From Thraustochytrium aureum (taxonomy: Eukaryota): DNA of 61,449 bases. The notes beneath the pieces are model-generated. The model searched no databases. It had not been told where the DNA came from and saw only the letters and a list, made by a program, of their open reading frames with translations. Location of the stretch: positions 1 through 61,449 of the forward strand of contig BLSG01000354.1 of the NCBI GenBank assembly GCA_012862495.1, written 5' to 3'. Position numbers and translations under genes: made by a program. Below are positions 1 to 11,962 of this stretch, in pieces. The stretch's first letter is position 1; each line of letters begins with the position of its first letter.

Positions 1-75
1 GAACGCCACCTGCGGTTCCTCCTCTGGGCGATCGATCGGTCGGTCGGTCTGTCGGTCTGCTCCTTCCTGGGCTCT

Positions 76-1107
76 CTACTTTTTGCCCATGCGCCCATAC
101 AGCCTGCGCTTCTCGTCCAGGTCGCGGTTCATCCACCAGACCGTGCCGTCCGTCGGCTTGGCAAAGGCAGCCGCCTCGCCTGGCGTGGCCGAAGCGGGCA
201 CAAGGCCATTGCCAAACTTGCGCGTTGCGATACGCACGGCCGCCTCCGCAGTGATGAGCGACTTGTTGAGCTGCTCGGCGAGGGGCGACGCGCCGAGGAT
301 GGCGAGCTGGTGCTTGGCACCGAGGCCCTTCACGCCCGGCTTGGCAGACTCTGTCTCGAGGCGGTGCTTCTCGGCCTCGTAGGCCTGGATGGCCTTGTTG
401 ACCTCTTCGAGCGCCTTGCGCGCCTTGACGATCTCTGGGTGCTCCTCGAGGTCGGCCGTCTTCATCGCACGCTGCGTAAAGTCCTGCGGGTTGGCAAAGT
501 CGCGGTACTGGTACAGCAGGTACTCCAGGAACGTGATCTTGCCGTCAAAGTTGACGTCCACCTTTTCGCGCAGCTCGATCTTGCGCTTGATGGCCGTCAG
601 CATGACGGGCATCGAGGGCGCCCACTGCGGGTCGTCGCGCCACTTCTTGCCCTCGTCGTCGTCGAGGACGCGCTTGCAGAGCTTTTCGTAAAAGTACAGC
701 CCGATGTTGAAGTCCATCTCGTTGCCCTCGTTGTAGAGGTGGATGTACTGCACGCCCTTCGAGTGCATATCGGCGTACTTCATCACGTCCCAGGCCACGC
801 TGAACATAAACTCGGCTTGCGTGTGAACCTCGGCCCAGTACGCGTTCAGGAACGCCACCGCCTGCTCGCTGAACGGCTTCTCGCACAGCTCGTTGAAGAA
901 CTTTAACGCATCTGGGTCGAGCTTTTCCGTGAACGCCGTGCCCGTGTGGTGGCCCTCTTTGAGGAACTCTGGCGCATCGGCTGGGACCGAGCCCTTGCGC
1001 CCTGAGGGCGGCGTGCGCGAGCCAGTCGACCGGCTCGGGTTGGGCGAAGTAGGTGGTGAGCTCGTGTCGACGGCCGCCGGCTCGACGCGGACGGGGATCA
1101 CCGGCTC
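76..1107 (-). CDS. abpB: Calcium-regulated actin-bundling protein (homolog of Dictyostelium 34-kDa ABP34) with a Pro/Ser-rich N-terminal extension; 5' end runs into the gap
   Basis: The translation follows the recalled Dictyostelium ABP34 sequence along its length: FTEKL, PFSEQAVAFLNAYWAEV, KYADMH, EF-hand REKVDVNFDGKITFLEYLLYQY, EHPEIVKARKALEEVN, PGVKGLGA, AEAAVR, WWMNRDLDEK. Confidence 0.9.
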   Translation of the reverse strand, partial: EPVIPVRVEPAAVDTSSPPTSPNPSRSTGSRTPPSGRKGSVPADAPEFLKEGHHTGTAFTEKLDPDALKFFNELCEKPFSEQAVAFLNAYWAEVHTQAEFMFSVAWDVMKYADMHSKGVQYIHLYNEGNEMDFNIGLYFYEKLCKRVLDDDEGKKWRDDPQWAPSMPVMLTAIKRKIELREKVDVNFDGKITFLEYLLYQYRDFANPQDFTQRAMKTADLEEHPEIVKARKALEEVNKAIQAYEAEKHRLETESAKPGVKGLGAKHQLAILGASPLAEQLNKSLITAEAAVRIATRKFGNGLVPASATPGEAAAFAKPTDGTVWWMNRDLDEKRRLYGRMGKK

Positions 1108-2417
1108 NNNNNNNNNNNNNNNNNNNNNNNNNNNNNNNNNNNNNNNNNNNNNNNNNNNNNNNNNNNNNNNNNNNNNNNNNNNNNNNNNNNNNNNNNNNNN
1201 NNNNNNNNNNNNNNNNNNNNNNNNNNNNNNNNNNNNNNNNNNNNNNNNNNNNNNNNNNNNNNNNNNNNNNNNNNNNNNNNNNNNNNNNNNNNNNNNNNNN
1301 NNNNNNNNNNNNNNNNNNNNNNNNNNNNNNNNNNNNNNNNNNNNNNNNNNNNNNNNNNNNNNNNNNNNNNNNNNNNNNNNNNNNNNNNNNNNNNNNNNNN
1401 NNNNNNNNNNNNNNNNNNNNNNNNNNNNNNNNNNNNNNNNNNNNNNNNNNNNNNNNNNNNNNNNNNNNNNNNNNNNNNNNNNNNNNNNNNNNNNNNNNNN
1501 NNNNNNNNNNNNNNNNNNNNNNNNNNNNNNNNNNNNNNNNNNNNNNNNNNNNNNNNNNNNNNNNNNNNNNNNNNNNNNNNNNNNNNNNNNNNNNNNNNNN
1601 NNNNNNNNNNNNNNNNNNNNNNNNNNNNNNNNNNNNNNNNNNNNNNNNNNNNNNNNNNNNNNNNNNNNNNNNNNNNNNNNNNNNNNNNNNNNNNNNNNNN
1701 NNNNNNNNNNNNNNNNNNNNNNNNNNNNNNNNNNNNNNNNNNNNNNNNNNNNNNNNNNNNNNNNNNNNNNNNNNNNNNNNNNNNNNNNNNNNNNNNNNNN
1801 NNNNNNNNNNNNNNNNNNNNNNNNNNNNNNNNNNNNNNNNNNNNNNNNNNNNNNNNNNNNNNNNNNNNNNNNNNNNNNNNNNNNNNNNNNNNNNNNNNNN
1901 NNNNNNNNNNNNNNNNNNNNNNNNNNNNNNNNNNNNNNNNNNNNNNNNNNNNNNNNNNNNNNNNNNNNNNNNNNNNNNNNNNNNNNNNNNNNNNNNNNNN
2001 NNNNNNNNNNNNNNNNNNNNNNNNNNNNNNNNNNNNNNNNNNNNNNNNNAATTGCTTTGGCAACAAAAAAATCTATGCGCCAAGGAGAGAGCGGCCTGCC
2101 TGGTCTGCGGGATTGGGCCCCAGAGGAGGGTCAAAGAATGCAAGCGGCGGATGTTGTGGCTGGCGTGACGGCTGCGCTGCCCAAGACTGATGCGCTGCCC
2201 ATGACTGCGCTGCCCGGGGCTGTCTCGCGGCGCCAACTGGCGTTGCAACCACGAAAGGCCACCTTTCTTCGGTCGTCGTCGACGCAAGAAAGCACCTGGC
2301 ACTGAACGCCCGAAACGACCGCGCCGAGGCGGCCGAACGAACGCTCGCGCCTTGGCTTTTCTCGTCCCGGGCCTGAGGCGCCAAATAGCGCTGGAGGTCG
2401 GGTGCGTGCGGGGTCGA

Positions 2418-3187
2418 CTAGCCGTGCAGGGCGACCTTGCGCAGGACCATGGCCCAGTTGCCAGTGTCCCAGTACACGCGTTCCACGACGACGTGTGGGC
2501 CGAGGGCCGACGCCAGCTCGGCGAGCTCGCCCTCGCGGTAAACGTGGCAGTAGCGCTGGAATACGAACGCGTCCTTTTCCAGCGAGTACTCGGCGTGTTT
2601 GGCGAGAAACGCGGCCCGCTCTTCGGCGGCGGCGCTGAGCATGGCGTCTGGCGCCTCTTTCACCCCCTTTTGCCGCGGCCGCTTGCAATGCCACGGGACC
2701 AGGACATCAGCTTCGTCGAAGCGGTGGCCCGAGCGGCCGCGCTCATTCTCGTCCTCGTCCTGTCCCACGATCACCGCTGGACCAGAGCCCGACAACTTGC
2801 TAGCGTCCTCGTCGTCGCAGGCGTCCTGGGCAGCAGCTGCCGGCCGGGACTGCTCCATGGCCCAGGCGTAAAACAACGCGCAGCCGCCGACCCGAACAAC
2901 GCGCATGCATTCGCTGATTGCTCTTGCGCGGCGCGCAGGCGTAGAAATGTGGTGCAAAAACCGCAATGCAAAGCACACAGTCAAAAACGCCACTCCTATA
3001 CGGCATGTTCACAATGTCGGCGCAGAGGACTTGGAGGCCGCGCTTGGCAGCAATCCCTGCCAGCTCGCGGCTCGTGTCGCTGCCAACGACAACCGCGCCG
3101 GCCGCTTCCGCTGCAGGCATATTCTTGCCGTTTCCACAGCCGACGTCGGCGACGAGGCTGCCACGCGGGAGCGCCTCAATAAAGGCC
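2418..3187 (-). CDS. TRM9: TRM9/ALKBH8-type tRNA (carboxymethyluridine-34) methyltransferase; 5' part lost in the gap; one apparent frameshift near 2958
   Basis: SAM motif VADVGCGNGK and FDCVLCIAV in one frame. After one extra T in a homopolymer the next frame gives LHHISTPARR, YAWAMEQ, DVLVPWH, FQRYCHVYREGEL and YWDTGNW. Confidence 0.88.
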
Positions 3188-3773
3188 NNNNNNNNNNNNN
3201 NNNNNNNNNNNNNNNNNNNNNNNNNNNNNNNNNNNNNNNNNNNNNNNNNNNNNNNNNNNNNNNNNNNNNNNNNNNNNNNNNNNNNNNNNNNNNNNNNNNN
3301 NNNNNNNNNNNNNNNNNNNNNNNNNNNNNNNNNNNNNNNNNNNNNNNNNNNNNNNNNNNNNNNNNNNNNNNNNNNNNNNNNNNNNNNNNNNNNNNNNNNN
3401 NNNNNNNNNNNNNNNNNNNNNNNNNNNNNNNNNNNNNNNNNNNNNNNNNNNNNNNNNNNNNNNNNNNNNNNNNNNNNNNNNNNNNNNNNNNNNNNNNNNN
3501 NNNNNNNNNNNNNNNNNNNNNNNNNNNNNNNNNNNNNNNNNNNNNNNNNNNNNNNNNNNNNNNNNNNNNNNNNNNNNNNNNNNNNNNNNNNNNNNNNNNN
3601 NNNNNNNNNNNNNNNNNNNNNNNNNNNNNNNNNNNNNNNNNNNNNNNNNNNNNNNNNNNNNNNNNNNNNNNNNNNNNNNNNNNNNNNNNNNNNNNNNNNN
3701 NNNNNNNNNNNNNNNNNNNNNNNNNNNNNNNNNNNNNNNNNNNNNNNNNNNNNNNNNNNNNNNNNNNNNNNNN

Positions 3774-4735
3774 CTGGGAGGAGTGCTGGCTGGGCGCCTG
3801 GGACGAGGCGCGCGATGAGCGATGGGGCGCCCAAGGTGGCGACTAGCCCGGAGAATGAGAAGGCGCCCGCGGAGCTCACGTTTGAGACGGAGAGCAAGCA
3901 CATGTTTGACGGAGGTAAGTGCATCGTGCTGTTGGCGCTGGCAAGGTGCGGGGCGGCGGCTCCGGCATGGCGGCGCTCTGGCATGGCGGCGCTCTGGAGG
4001 ACCGGGCTTGTGACTCTGGCCTGGATGGCGGCTGACGATTCGATGCGGCCGCGTTCAGTGACCCCGCACGCCGCGCTCGGCTTGTTCGTGGACCCTCGCG
4101 AAGAGGAGAAGGCGCCCGGGCACATGAAGGACGCGGAGGGGATCACCACCTTCATGCCGGAAGAGGTCAAGAAGCGCATCATGGTCCGCATCCACGTGCC
4201 GAGCAAGAACATGATGGTCAACCCGCGCGACAGCGCGAGCTTCTGGGCTTTCGAGATGGAGGACAACCCGCAGCGGTGGACCAACATGCTCATGCAGTAT
4301 GGGTCGTCCAGCGACCCGCTGGGCGCTACCGGGATTGTGGACCTCAGGTTTGATACCCTCGAGGAAGCCAAGTCCTTCGCGGAGCGGCAGGGTTGGAACT
4401 TTTACGTGGACGAGATGATCGAGCACCAAGTCTCGGACGGGCAGGCGCTCAAGGACTACTCGTTCAACTTTCTCAACTACCACGTGCAGGCGCGCCGTGC
4501 GCGCTGGACGCCGCGCAAGCTCACCGAGGTCCAGTTTCGCCACAAAGAGAGCCGCAAGACGACCTGGGTGAACCTCAAGCACTCGCCATTCGGAGCCACG
4601 CCGTCGAAGAAGGTCTCCGGAACGCAGTGGACCGACGATCACCCCAACAAGGGTTTCGCCAAGCACTCTGCCAAGGACTGGCGCATGAAGACGCTCAAGG
4701 ACAAGCAGGAGCTTGCGCGCCGTGTTGGCAAGTGA
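3774..4735 (+). CDS. NDUFS4: Mitochondrial complex I subunit NDUFS4 (18-kDa/AQDQ), probably with an intron at 3915-4058; start likely in the gap or at 3815
   Basis: VRIHVPSKNMM, RWTNMLMQYGSSSDPL, LRFDTLEEAKSFAERQGWNFYV and DYSFNF match NDUFS4 hallmarks. The Arg-rich N-terminus resembles a transit peptide. Confidence 0.85.
3915..4058 (+). other. Putative 144-nt spliceosomal intron in NDUFS4
   Basis: Donor G|GTAAGT at 3915, branch-like GCTGAC at 4031-4036, acceptor TTCAG ending at 4058. Splicing gives in-frame MFDG-V-TPH. Confidence 0.75.
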
Positions 4736-5092
4736 GCAGACAGCACATCTACTACATACGGTCGGCTTGCAGCGCTCCGAAAGAACAACGAAAACAGCTT
4801 GTCCTTGTTTCCCTTCGCTTGGCCAGCCGCCAGCCCGCTCCCTCCTCAGGCCGAGCCCATGGCGGTGCGGTGAACGCAGCGACCAAACGAGCGCAGAGGA
4901 TGGATGGAATGGTGAGTAGAGTGAGTAGTATTCTCTGAGAATGTGATGAGTAGAGTACGAGTTTACTCGAGTAGTGTAGAGTCCTCGAGAACTGGCGAGC
5001 ACCTACTCTACCTCGTGTCGCAACTGATGTTGTTTAGCTGCTCAAGAAGCAGTGCTGATGTTCAGTGGTTGGTTACAAATGGCCAGGCTCGA

Positions 5093-5162
5093 GCGATCAA
5101 CAAAGAGTGGCGATCAACAAAGACTGGCGGTCAAAGACTGGCGATCAAAAGACTTGCGATCA
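5093..5162. repeat. Imperfect ~14-17-bp tandem repeat (GCGATCAACAAAGACTG-like, about 4-5 units) abutting the stop codon of the TPR gene
   Basis: Read directly: gcgatcaacaaagagtg gcgatcaacaaagactg gcggtcaaagactg gcgatcaaaagactt gcgatca. Confidence 0.75.
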
Positions 5163-8147
5163 GGAAGGCAAGACCCTGTACGACCGAGACGTGGCCGGTG
5201 CAGCGGAACCCTTGGCCGCCGCCGCCTCAAGGTCCTCAATCTCGCGCGCCGCAGGGGAAACGCCTCGCTGGGACCTCGAGTGACGGCGGCTGCGACGTCG
5301 CGTTATCCGCTCAATCTTCTTCCGGAGGCGACGCGTCTGGTGGTGGTCCTCACCGAGCTTCTCGGCGAAAACCTTGAGCGCCTCCTTGGAGGCAAAGAAG
5401 GCCTCGTCAAGGCGCCCCTGCATCTCGAGCACCACGGCGATGTTGTTCAGGGCCAAGCCCGCATGGACGTGGTCGTTGACGTGAAAGATGTGCAAGGCTT
5501 GCTCGTAGTGCTCGAGGGCTTCATCGAGGCGCTTGTCGGCGAGTAGGACAGCGGCCATATTGTAAAAGACGTCGCCCACGCGCGTGTGCTCTGGCCCAAC
5601 GCTGGCCACAAAGGCAGCGAGCGCCTCGCGGTAGGTGACGATGGCCTCGGCGCGCAGCTTTTGCTCGTCGAGGAGCACAGCTAGGTTGTTGAGCGCATCG
5701 GCGACGCGCTCGTCCTCGTCCCCGTTGATGGCGCGCCAGGTCTCGACGGCCTCGCGCGCCACATCGATGGCTTCTTCCGCCGGAAGGACAATGGCCAGCG
5801 CGTCGAGGGTCTCGGCAACGTCCTCGTGGTCGTCGCCGTGAACTTCGCGAAACAGGTCCAGAGCCTGGTCGTAATGGCGCACGGCCGATTTCAGATCGCG
5901 CTTCCGCGAGTACGCCTGCCCCAACGAGCGCTCCACGACAGCGACTCGCACGACGTTGTCCTTGGCGCCGAGCAGGTAGAGAGCCGCCAGCGCCTCTTCA
6001 AGGAGCTCGATCGCCCGGTCGTGCTCGCCGAGCCGCGAGTCCAGCACGGCCGCCTCGCGCATGGTCTCCACAACTGCCAAGCTGCGCGGGCCCAAATCCT
6101 CGCGCTGGATGCTGAGCGCCTCCTGAATGGCGTCGCGCGCGGCCGCAAAGCACACTTGTCAGAAAGCACGGCGGCCATCGCTTTCAGACTTTGACGTGCA
6201 GGTCGCGGCAGGCACGCGCAGAGGTGCCCGCATCGCCCAGGTCTTCAAAGCCGCCGTCAAGGTCGTCGCTGAGGGCCTCGACGCGCCGAACCATGCGGTC
6301 CGCCTCCTGGAAGCGTTCGAGCGCCTCGGCAGGGCGGCCCACGCGCTTTAGATCGANNNNNNNNNNNNNNNNNNNNNNNNNNNNNNNNNNNNNNNNNNNN
6401 NNNNNNNNNNNNNNNNNNNNNNNNNNNNNNNNNNNNNNNNNNNNNNNNNNNNNNNNNNNNNNNNNNNNNNNNNNNNNNNNNNNNNNNNNNNNNNNNNNNN
6501 NNNNNNNNNNNNNNNNNNNNNNNNNNNNNNNNNNNNNNNNNNNNNNNNNNNNNNNNNNNNNNNNNNNNNNNNNNNNNNNNNNNNNNNNNNNNNNNNNNNN
6601 NNNNNNNNNNNNNNNNNNNNNNNNNNNNNNNNNNNNNNNNNNNNNNNNNNNNNNNNNNNNNNNNNNNNNNNNNNNNNNNNNNNNNNNNNNNNNNNNNNNN
6701 NNNNNNNNNNNNNNNNNNNNNNNNNNNNNNNNNNNNNNNNNNNNNNNNNNNNNNNNNNNNNNNNNNNNNNNNNNNNNNNNNNNNNNNNNNNNNNNNNNNN
6801 NNNNNNNNNNNNNNNNNNNNNNNNNNNNNNNNNNNNNNNNNNNNNNNNNNNNNNNNNNNNNNNNNNNNNNNNNNNNNNNNNNNNNNNNNNNNNNNNNNNN
6901 NNNNNNNNNNNNNNNNNNNNNNNNNNNNNNNNNNNNNNNNNNNNNNNNNNNNNNNNNNNNNNNNNNNNNNNNNNNNNNNNNNNNNNNNNNNNNNNNNNNN
7001 NNNNNNNNNNNNNNNNNNNNNNNNNNNNNNNNNNNNNNNNNNNNNNNNNNNNNNNNNNNNNNNNNNNNNNNNNNNNNNNNNNNNNNNNNNNNNNNNNNNN
7101 NNNNNNNNNNNNNNNNNNNNNNNNNNNNNNNNNNNNNNNNNNNNNNNNNNNNNNNNNNNNNNNNNNNNNNNNNNNNNNNNNNNNNNNNNNNNNNNNNNNN
7201 NNNNNNNNNNNNNNNNNNNNNNNNTGGCCGATCGCGGCGCAGTAAACCTCCCAGAGGCACCAGGCCCTTCGAAGTACACCGAGGTCCTTAACCGACGGCA
7301 GAAACAGAATGAACTCGCTGAAGCGCTTCACCGCGATGGGTAGCTCGTTGCGGATCAGCTGGTCGCGCTGGCGCAGCGCCTCTGTGCGCTCCAGGAGGGT
7401 GAGCTGGTCGAGAACGCGCTCGGGGCTCTCGCTCTGCGCCCCCGTAGACGAGTTGCCGTTCTTGCGCTGGCTGCGCGTTTCCCGGCGCTGGCCGTCCGGC
7501 ACGATGCGGTTCTGGTTGCAGCCAAAGATGTCGAACCACACAAAGGTCTTTTTGAGGTTGCGGCCCGCGTAGTGGTGCTCGAGCGACGAGACAAGGTCGC
7601 AAAACCGCGTGGACCGCGGCTGGGACAAGTACGTGCCCTGGAAGGCGCGGCCAACGGCGTCGGGGTGCTTTTTCTCGATCACGGCCACAAATGTGAGGTC
7701 GTCGCGCCGAAGCGTCGCGTTGCGTTTCACCACGTACTCCAGGACGTCGTCCATGTCCCAGTCAGTCCTCTCTTTGAACTGCACTGCGCCCGAGTCGACG
7801 ACGACTTCGCCGATCCGCGGCGCGAGCACGGCGTACTGGTCGCTCGCCAGCTTGCGCTTGCGCATCACCGTCGTCCCTTTTGCCAAGACGAGGCCGCCCT
7901 TGCCTGGCACGTTGTAGTCATCGCGCAGGGTGAATAGGTTTATGTTGAGAGCGAGCTCGCCCGACTCGATGCGGAGCGCAAACTCGCGCAGGAACGCCAC
8001 GGACACGCCGCGGTACACGCAGAGTCCGCTCGGTGACGGCTCGTCCTCTTCGTTTGCCCGGAGCCCCAGCAGGGCGCTGCCGAGCGCTTTGGTGCCCAGC
8101 GAGAACCGCTTTGCCGAGAACGACAGCCTCTTGCTCATGCGCGACAT
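5160..8147 (-). CDS. HET/TIR-like N-terminal domain + kinesin-light-chain-type TPR array; interrupted by gap 6357-7224 and two apparent frameshifts at about 6155-6190
   Basis: N-terminal part (7225-8147): GVSVAFL, TYLSQPRST, FVWFDIFGCNQ, LRRAWCLWEV. C-terminal part (5160-6354): about 6-7 42-aa TPRs such as HEDVAETLDALA, DERVADALNNLAVLL, GPEHTRVGDVFYNMA, LGEDHHQT. Joining the two parts across the gap is inferred from same strand and typical architecture. Confidence 0.75.
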
Positions 8148-8292
8148 CTCGGCCGGCCGCCGTCGCCGCGCGTTTCCGCCTCTGCCACCTCAAAAGTAGG
8201 TGCGGCGCGCCTTGCGTCCAGCGAAATTCCGCCCCGCGGTCGCGTTCGCTGTCCCCTGCGGCAAGCGCGTCGCGCCGCTGCGCTGGGGCGCT

Positions 8293-8333
8293 CCTCGCGT
8301 CGCCTCGCGTCGCCTCGCGTCGCCTCGCGTCGC
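8293..8333. repeat. 10-bp tandem repeat (CCTCGCGTCG)x4 upstream of the HET/TIR-TPR gene
   Basis: Read directly from the sequence. Confidence 0.85.
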
Positions 8334-10879
8334 TGCGCGTCGTTGGTCGGCCCTTTCGGCTTTGCTGCAAGCAAGCGCCCTTCGGCCCTTTGCGTGCGTG
8401 CCTCGTGCTGCTCCTGCAGGCTTGGTTGACTGCCACAGCAGCCTTTCGTCCTCNNNNNNNNNNNNNNNNNNNNNNNNNNNNNNNNNNNNNNNNNNNNNNN
8501 NNNNNNNNNNNNNNNNNNNNNNNNNNNNNNNNNNNNNNNNNNNNNNNNNNNNNNNNNNNNNNNNNNNNNNNNNNNNNNNNNNNNNNNNNNNNNNNNNNNN
8601 NNNNNNNNNNNNNNNNNNNNNNNNNNNNNNNNNNNNNNNNNNNNNNNNNNNNNNNNNNNNNNNNNNNNNNNNNNNNNNNNNNNNNNNNNNNNNNNNNNNN
8701 NNNNNNNNNNNNNNNNNNNNNNNNNNNNNNNNNNNNNNNNNNNNNNNNNNNNNNNNNNNNNNNNNNNNNNNNNNNNNNNNNNNNNNNNNNNNNNNNNNNN
8801 NNNNNNNNNNNNNNNNNNNNNNNNNNNNNNNNNNNNNNNNNNNNNNNNNNNNNNNNNNNNNNNNNNNNNNNNNNNNNNNNNNNNNNNNNNNNNNNNNNNN
8901 NNNNNNNNNNNNNNNNNNNNNNNNNNNNNNNNNNNNNNNNNNNNNNNNNNNNNNNNNNNNNNNNNNNNNNNNNNNNNNNNNNNNNNNNNNNNNNNNNNNN
9001 NNNNNNNNNNNNNNNNNNNNNNNNNNNNNNNNNNNNNNNNNNNNNNNNNNNNNNNNNNNNNNNNNNNNNNNNNNNNNNNNNNNNNNNNNNNNNNNNNNNN
9101 NNNNNNNNNNNNNNNNNNNNNNNNNNNNNNNNNNNNNNNNNNNNNNNNNNNNNNNNNNNNNNNNNNNNNNNNNNNNNNNNNNNNNNNNNNNNNNNNNNNN
9201 NNNNNNNNNNNNNNNNNNNNNNNNNNNNNNNNNNNNNNNNNNNNNNNNNNNNNNNNNNNNNNNNNNNNNNNNNNNNNNNNNNNNNNNNNNNNNNNNNNNN
9301 NNNNNNNNNNNNNNNNNNNNNNNNNNNNNNNNNNNNNNNNNNCCTCCCTTTTTCCCCTTCCGTCCTGCACGACAACTCGGTCCAGGGTGACACAGACCGT
9401 ACTCTACTCACCGTTGCGTGTGAGCGGTGCGATGCGAGCTCGTCAGGTTGGGGCCTCCTTGGTTGGGGCCTGCTGGATGGGGCGAGATACCGCCGCCGCT
9501 GATGAATCAGTGATGTCAGCAAGGTAGCAAGTAGCAGGTGTTAGCAAGGGTCGGATCCTCCTTCGCAGCACCCTGCCACCCATCACCCCCTTCCTCGACT
9601 CGGAGGACTCATCAGGCTACCACCAAGGAGGTACTACGAGCGCCCGTGGAGCGCGACTCGGTCGGATGACGAAGCCTGGAGCACACTTTCTCGTCTGCCT
9701 GGAGCGGCTGGCTCGCTTGCCGAAGCAAGCTTGAGCTTCGCTGTCCTTGCCTGGAGGTCGGAGCCACGCTGCTTTGGCTTGGTTTGGCCTCCTTGGATTT
9801 GGCGGCAGGGAGAGAGAGCCATACCTGGGCAAGGTGCGAGCAACCATCGCATTTTCGAGGCGCGATCGAATCGACTCGAACACTGCCTGGGCAGACCGAC
9901 TCCTTGCAACGCCAAAGAGGCGAGGAAGCGACTCCGGCTTGACTCCGGAGTCCGGTGGCAAACAAACGGTTGGGGAACAACGAGATGCAGGCTCTTCAGG
10001 TGCAGCGCCGCCAGCCATTCGCGGCCGATGAAACGAAAGATCGTGCGCTGAGGGAATCTGACGCTGCTCTTCCGCGTGTTCCCTGCAGAGCGAAAAGTCC
10101 GACAAATCGGACCCGCGGATCGGAAACTTGGAGATCAGACTCTTGACCTTTTCCTTTTGAGGAAATAAAAATTGGCAAGGACAAGTTTATTAGTAGCCGC
10201 GTGCATTCTCAGTGCATTCGTTTTGTTTCATGTCGCTTTCAAGAGAGAACTCGCTGTTGTCCAAGTCTCCACCTTTGGGTGCGTGCCCTTGGCACGCGAG
10301 TAATGCAATGCAATTGCAGCGCTTGCGCGCGCAAGTCGCGCTTTCCAACCCGCGCTGGCGTCAGCCAACCATCCAGCCATCGCCTCCTCCGTGAGCTGTC
10401 GCTCTTTCTCGCTCTGCTCGACTTGCTTTTTCTTTCAAGATCAAGAGAGCAATCCATTCGAGAATTGGACGCAACTGGTCCGAGGTCGCGTGCCACAACA
10501 CCCAACACGCACGATCNNNNNNNNNNNNNNNNNNNNNNNNNNNNNNNNNNNNNNNNNNNNNNNNNNNNNNNNNNNNNNNNNNNNNNNNNNNNNNNNNNNN
10601 NNNNNNNNNNNNNNNNNNNNNNNNNNNNNNNNNNNNNNNNNNNNNNNNNNNNNNNNNNNNNNNNNNNNNNNNNNNNNNNNNNNNNNNNNNNNNNNNNNNN
10701 NNNNNNNNNNNNNNNNNNNNNNNNNNNNNNNNNNNNNNNNNNNNNNNNNNNNNNNNNNNNNNNNNNNNNNNNNNNNNNNNNNNNNNNNNNNNNNNNNNNN
10801 NNNNNNNNNNNNNNNNNNNNNNNNNNNNNNNNNNNNNNNNNNNNNNNNNNNNNNNNNNNNNNNNNNNNNNNNNNNNNNN

Positions 10880-11962
10880 GTTTGGCGCCTGCTTGAGCTC
10901 GTAGTACCTGAAAAGTCCGACGTTCCAGTAAGCATCCTGGACGTGCGCATAGACGTTCGGAACTTGCCATGAGCACCATGCTGGCGCCTGCTCGACAAGC
11001 GAGCCCCCCCAGTCCTTGAGGCAGTGCCGCGCATAGCCGTACGCGAGCACGCCCACGAGCGGAAGCGGCCCTGCAAGCAGGAGCGGCGCCGCCAGTTTCG
11101 CCCCCGAGGCCGCGAGGTTGCTCGCACCAAACAGCGCTCGCCCTTGCAGGTAAGGCAGCAACATGCTGTATCCGAGATAGCCCGCCAGCGCCGCCCCATT
11201 CGATCGCGCCAGCGTCGCCGCGCCACAGCACGCCGCAGCCGCGAAGAGCGCGCCAAGCCGCGGGCCGCCCGCCCCAGCTCCACCGCGTGGGGCGACAAAC
11301 AGCATGCCAGAGAAGGCGAGCAAGGCAAAGGTCGACTCGGTGTAGAACGCAGACATGAACACGCTTGCAGGCGTGAGGCAAAACAGCCCAGCTCCCCGAA
11401 ACGCCATCGCTTCGTCCTCCAGCGTACAAACCCCAAGCTCGTACAGCGCGACAGCTGCGGCCACAAAACAGGCGTTGCTCCAAGCGACGCCGCAGAGGCC
11501 GACCAGCGCCTCCACCTGCACAGGAGGGCCTCCAGCAAGGCCCGCCGCAGCCTGCAACCCGACGGCCAGCATGCGCGCACAGGCGGGTACGAGCGGGAAG
11601 AACGCGTGAAACTGCTCCAGCTCGTACCCGTCTGTAGCAATGCGCGAATAGTAAGCTGCGTCCCAGTTCGCGCCAAGCCCGAGGGCCCAGGCCTCCCCAC
11701 CCGCCCCGAGCCGCGCGCTCGAGTCGTATGCCCTCACAAGCTTGCCTGTCACGAGCGACCAGCCGACCACGAGCGCCCGGCTGGCGAGCGCCATGCCCGC
11801 CACCGTCCAGCGCCGTCGCCGGCCGCCCGCGGGAGCCACGGCGCGCGCCGAGGTGGCCATTTGCTGCTGGCTGTGCTGGCCCTGGCCCTGGCCCGCTCGC
11901 TCGCTCACCCGCGCGGGGTCCTCAGAGTCCTCCAAGCTCGCCGTGCCCGCGCCAGCGCCCAT
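10880..11962 (-). CDS. PIGV: GPI mannosyltransferase 2 (PIG-V/Gpi18); 3' end in gap 10517-10879
   Basis: NWDAAYY, GYELEQFHAFFPL, PASVFMSAFYTES, ARSNG and HVQDAYWNVGLFRYYELKQAPN, plus multiple hydrophobic helices. Confidence 0.92.
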
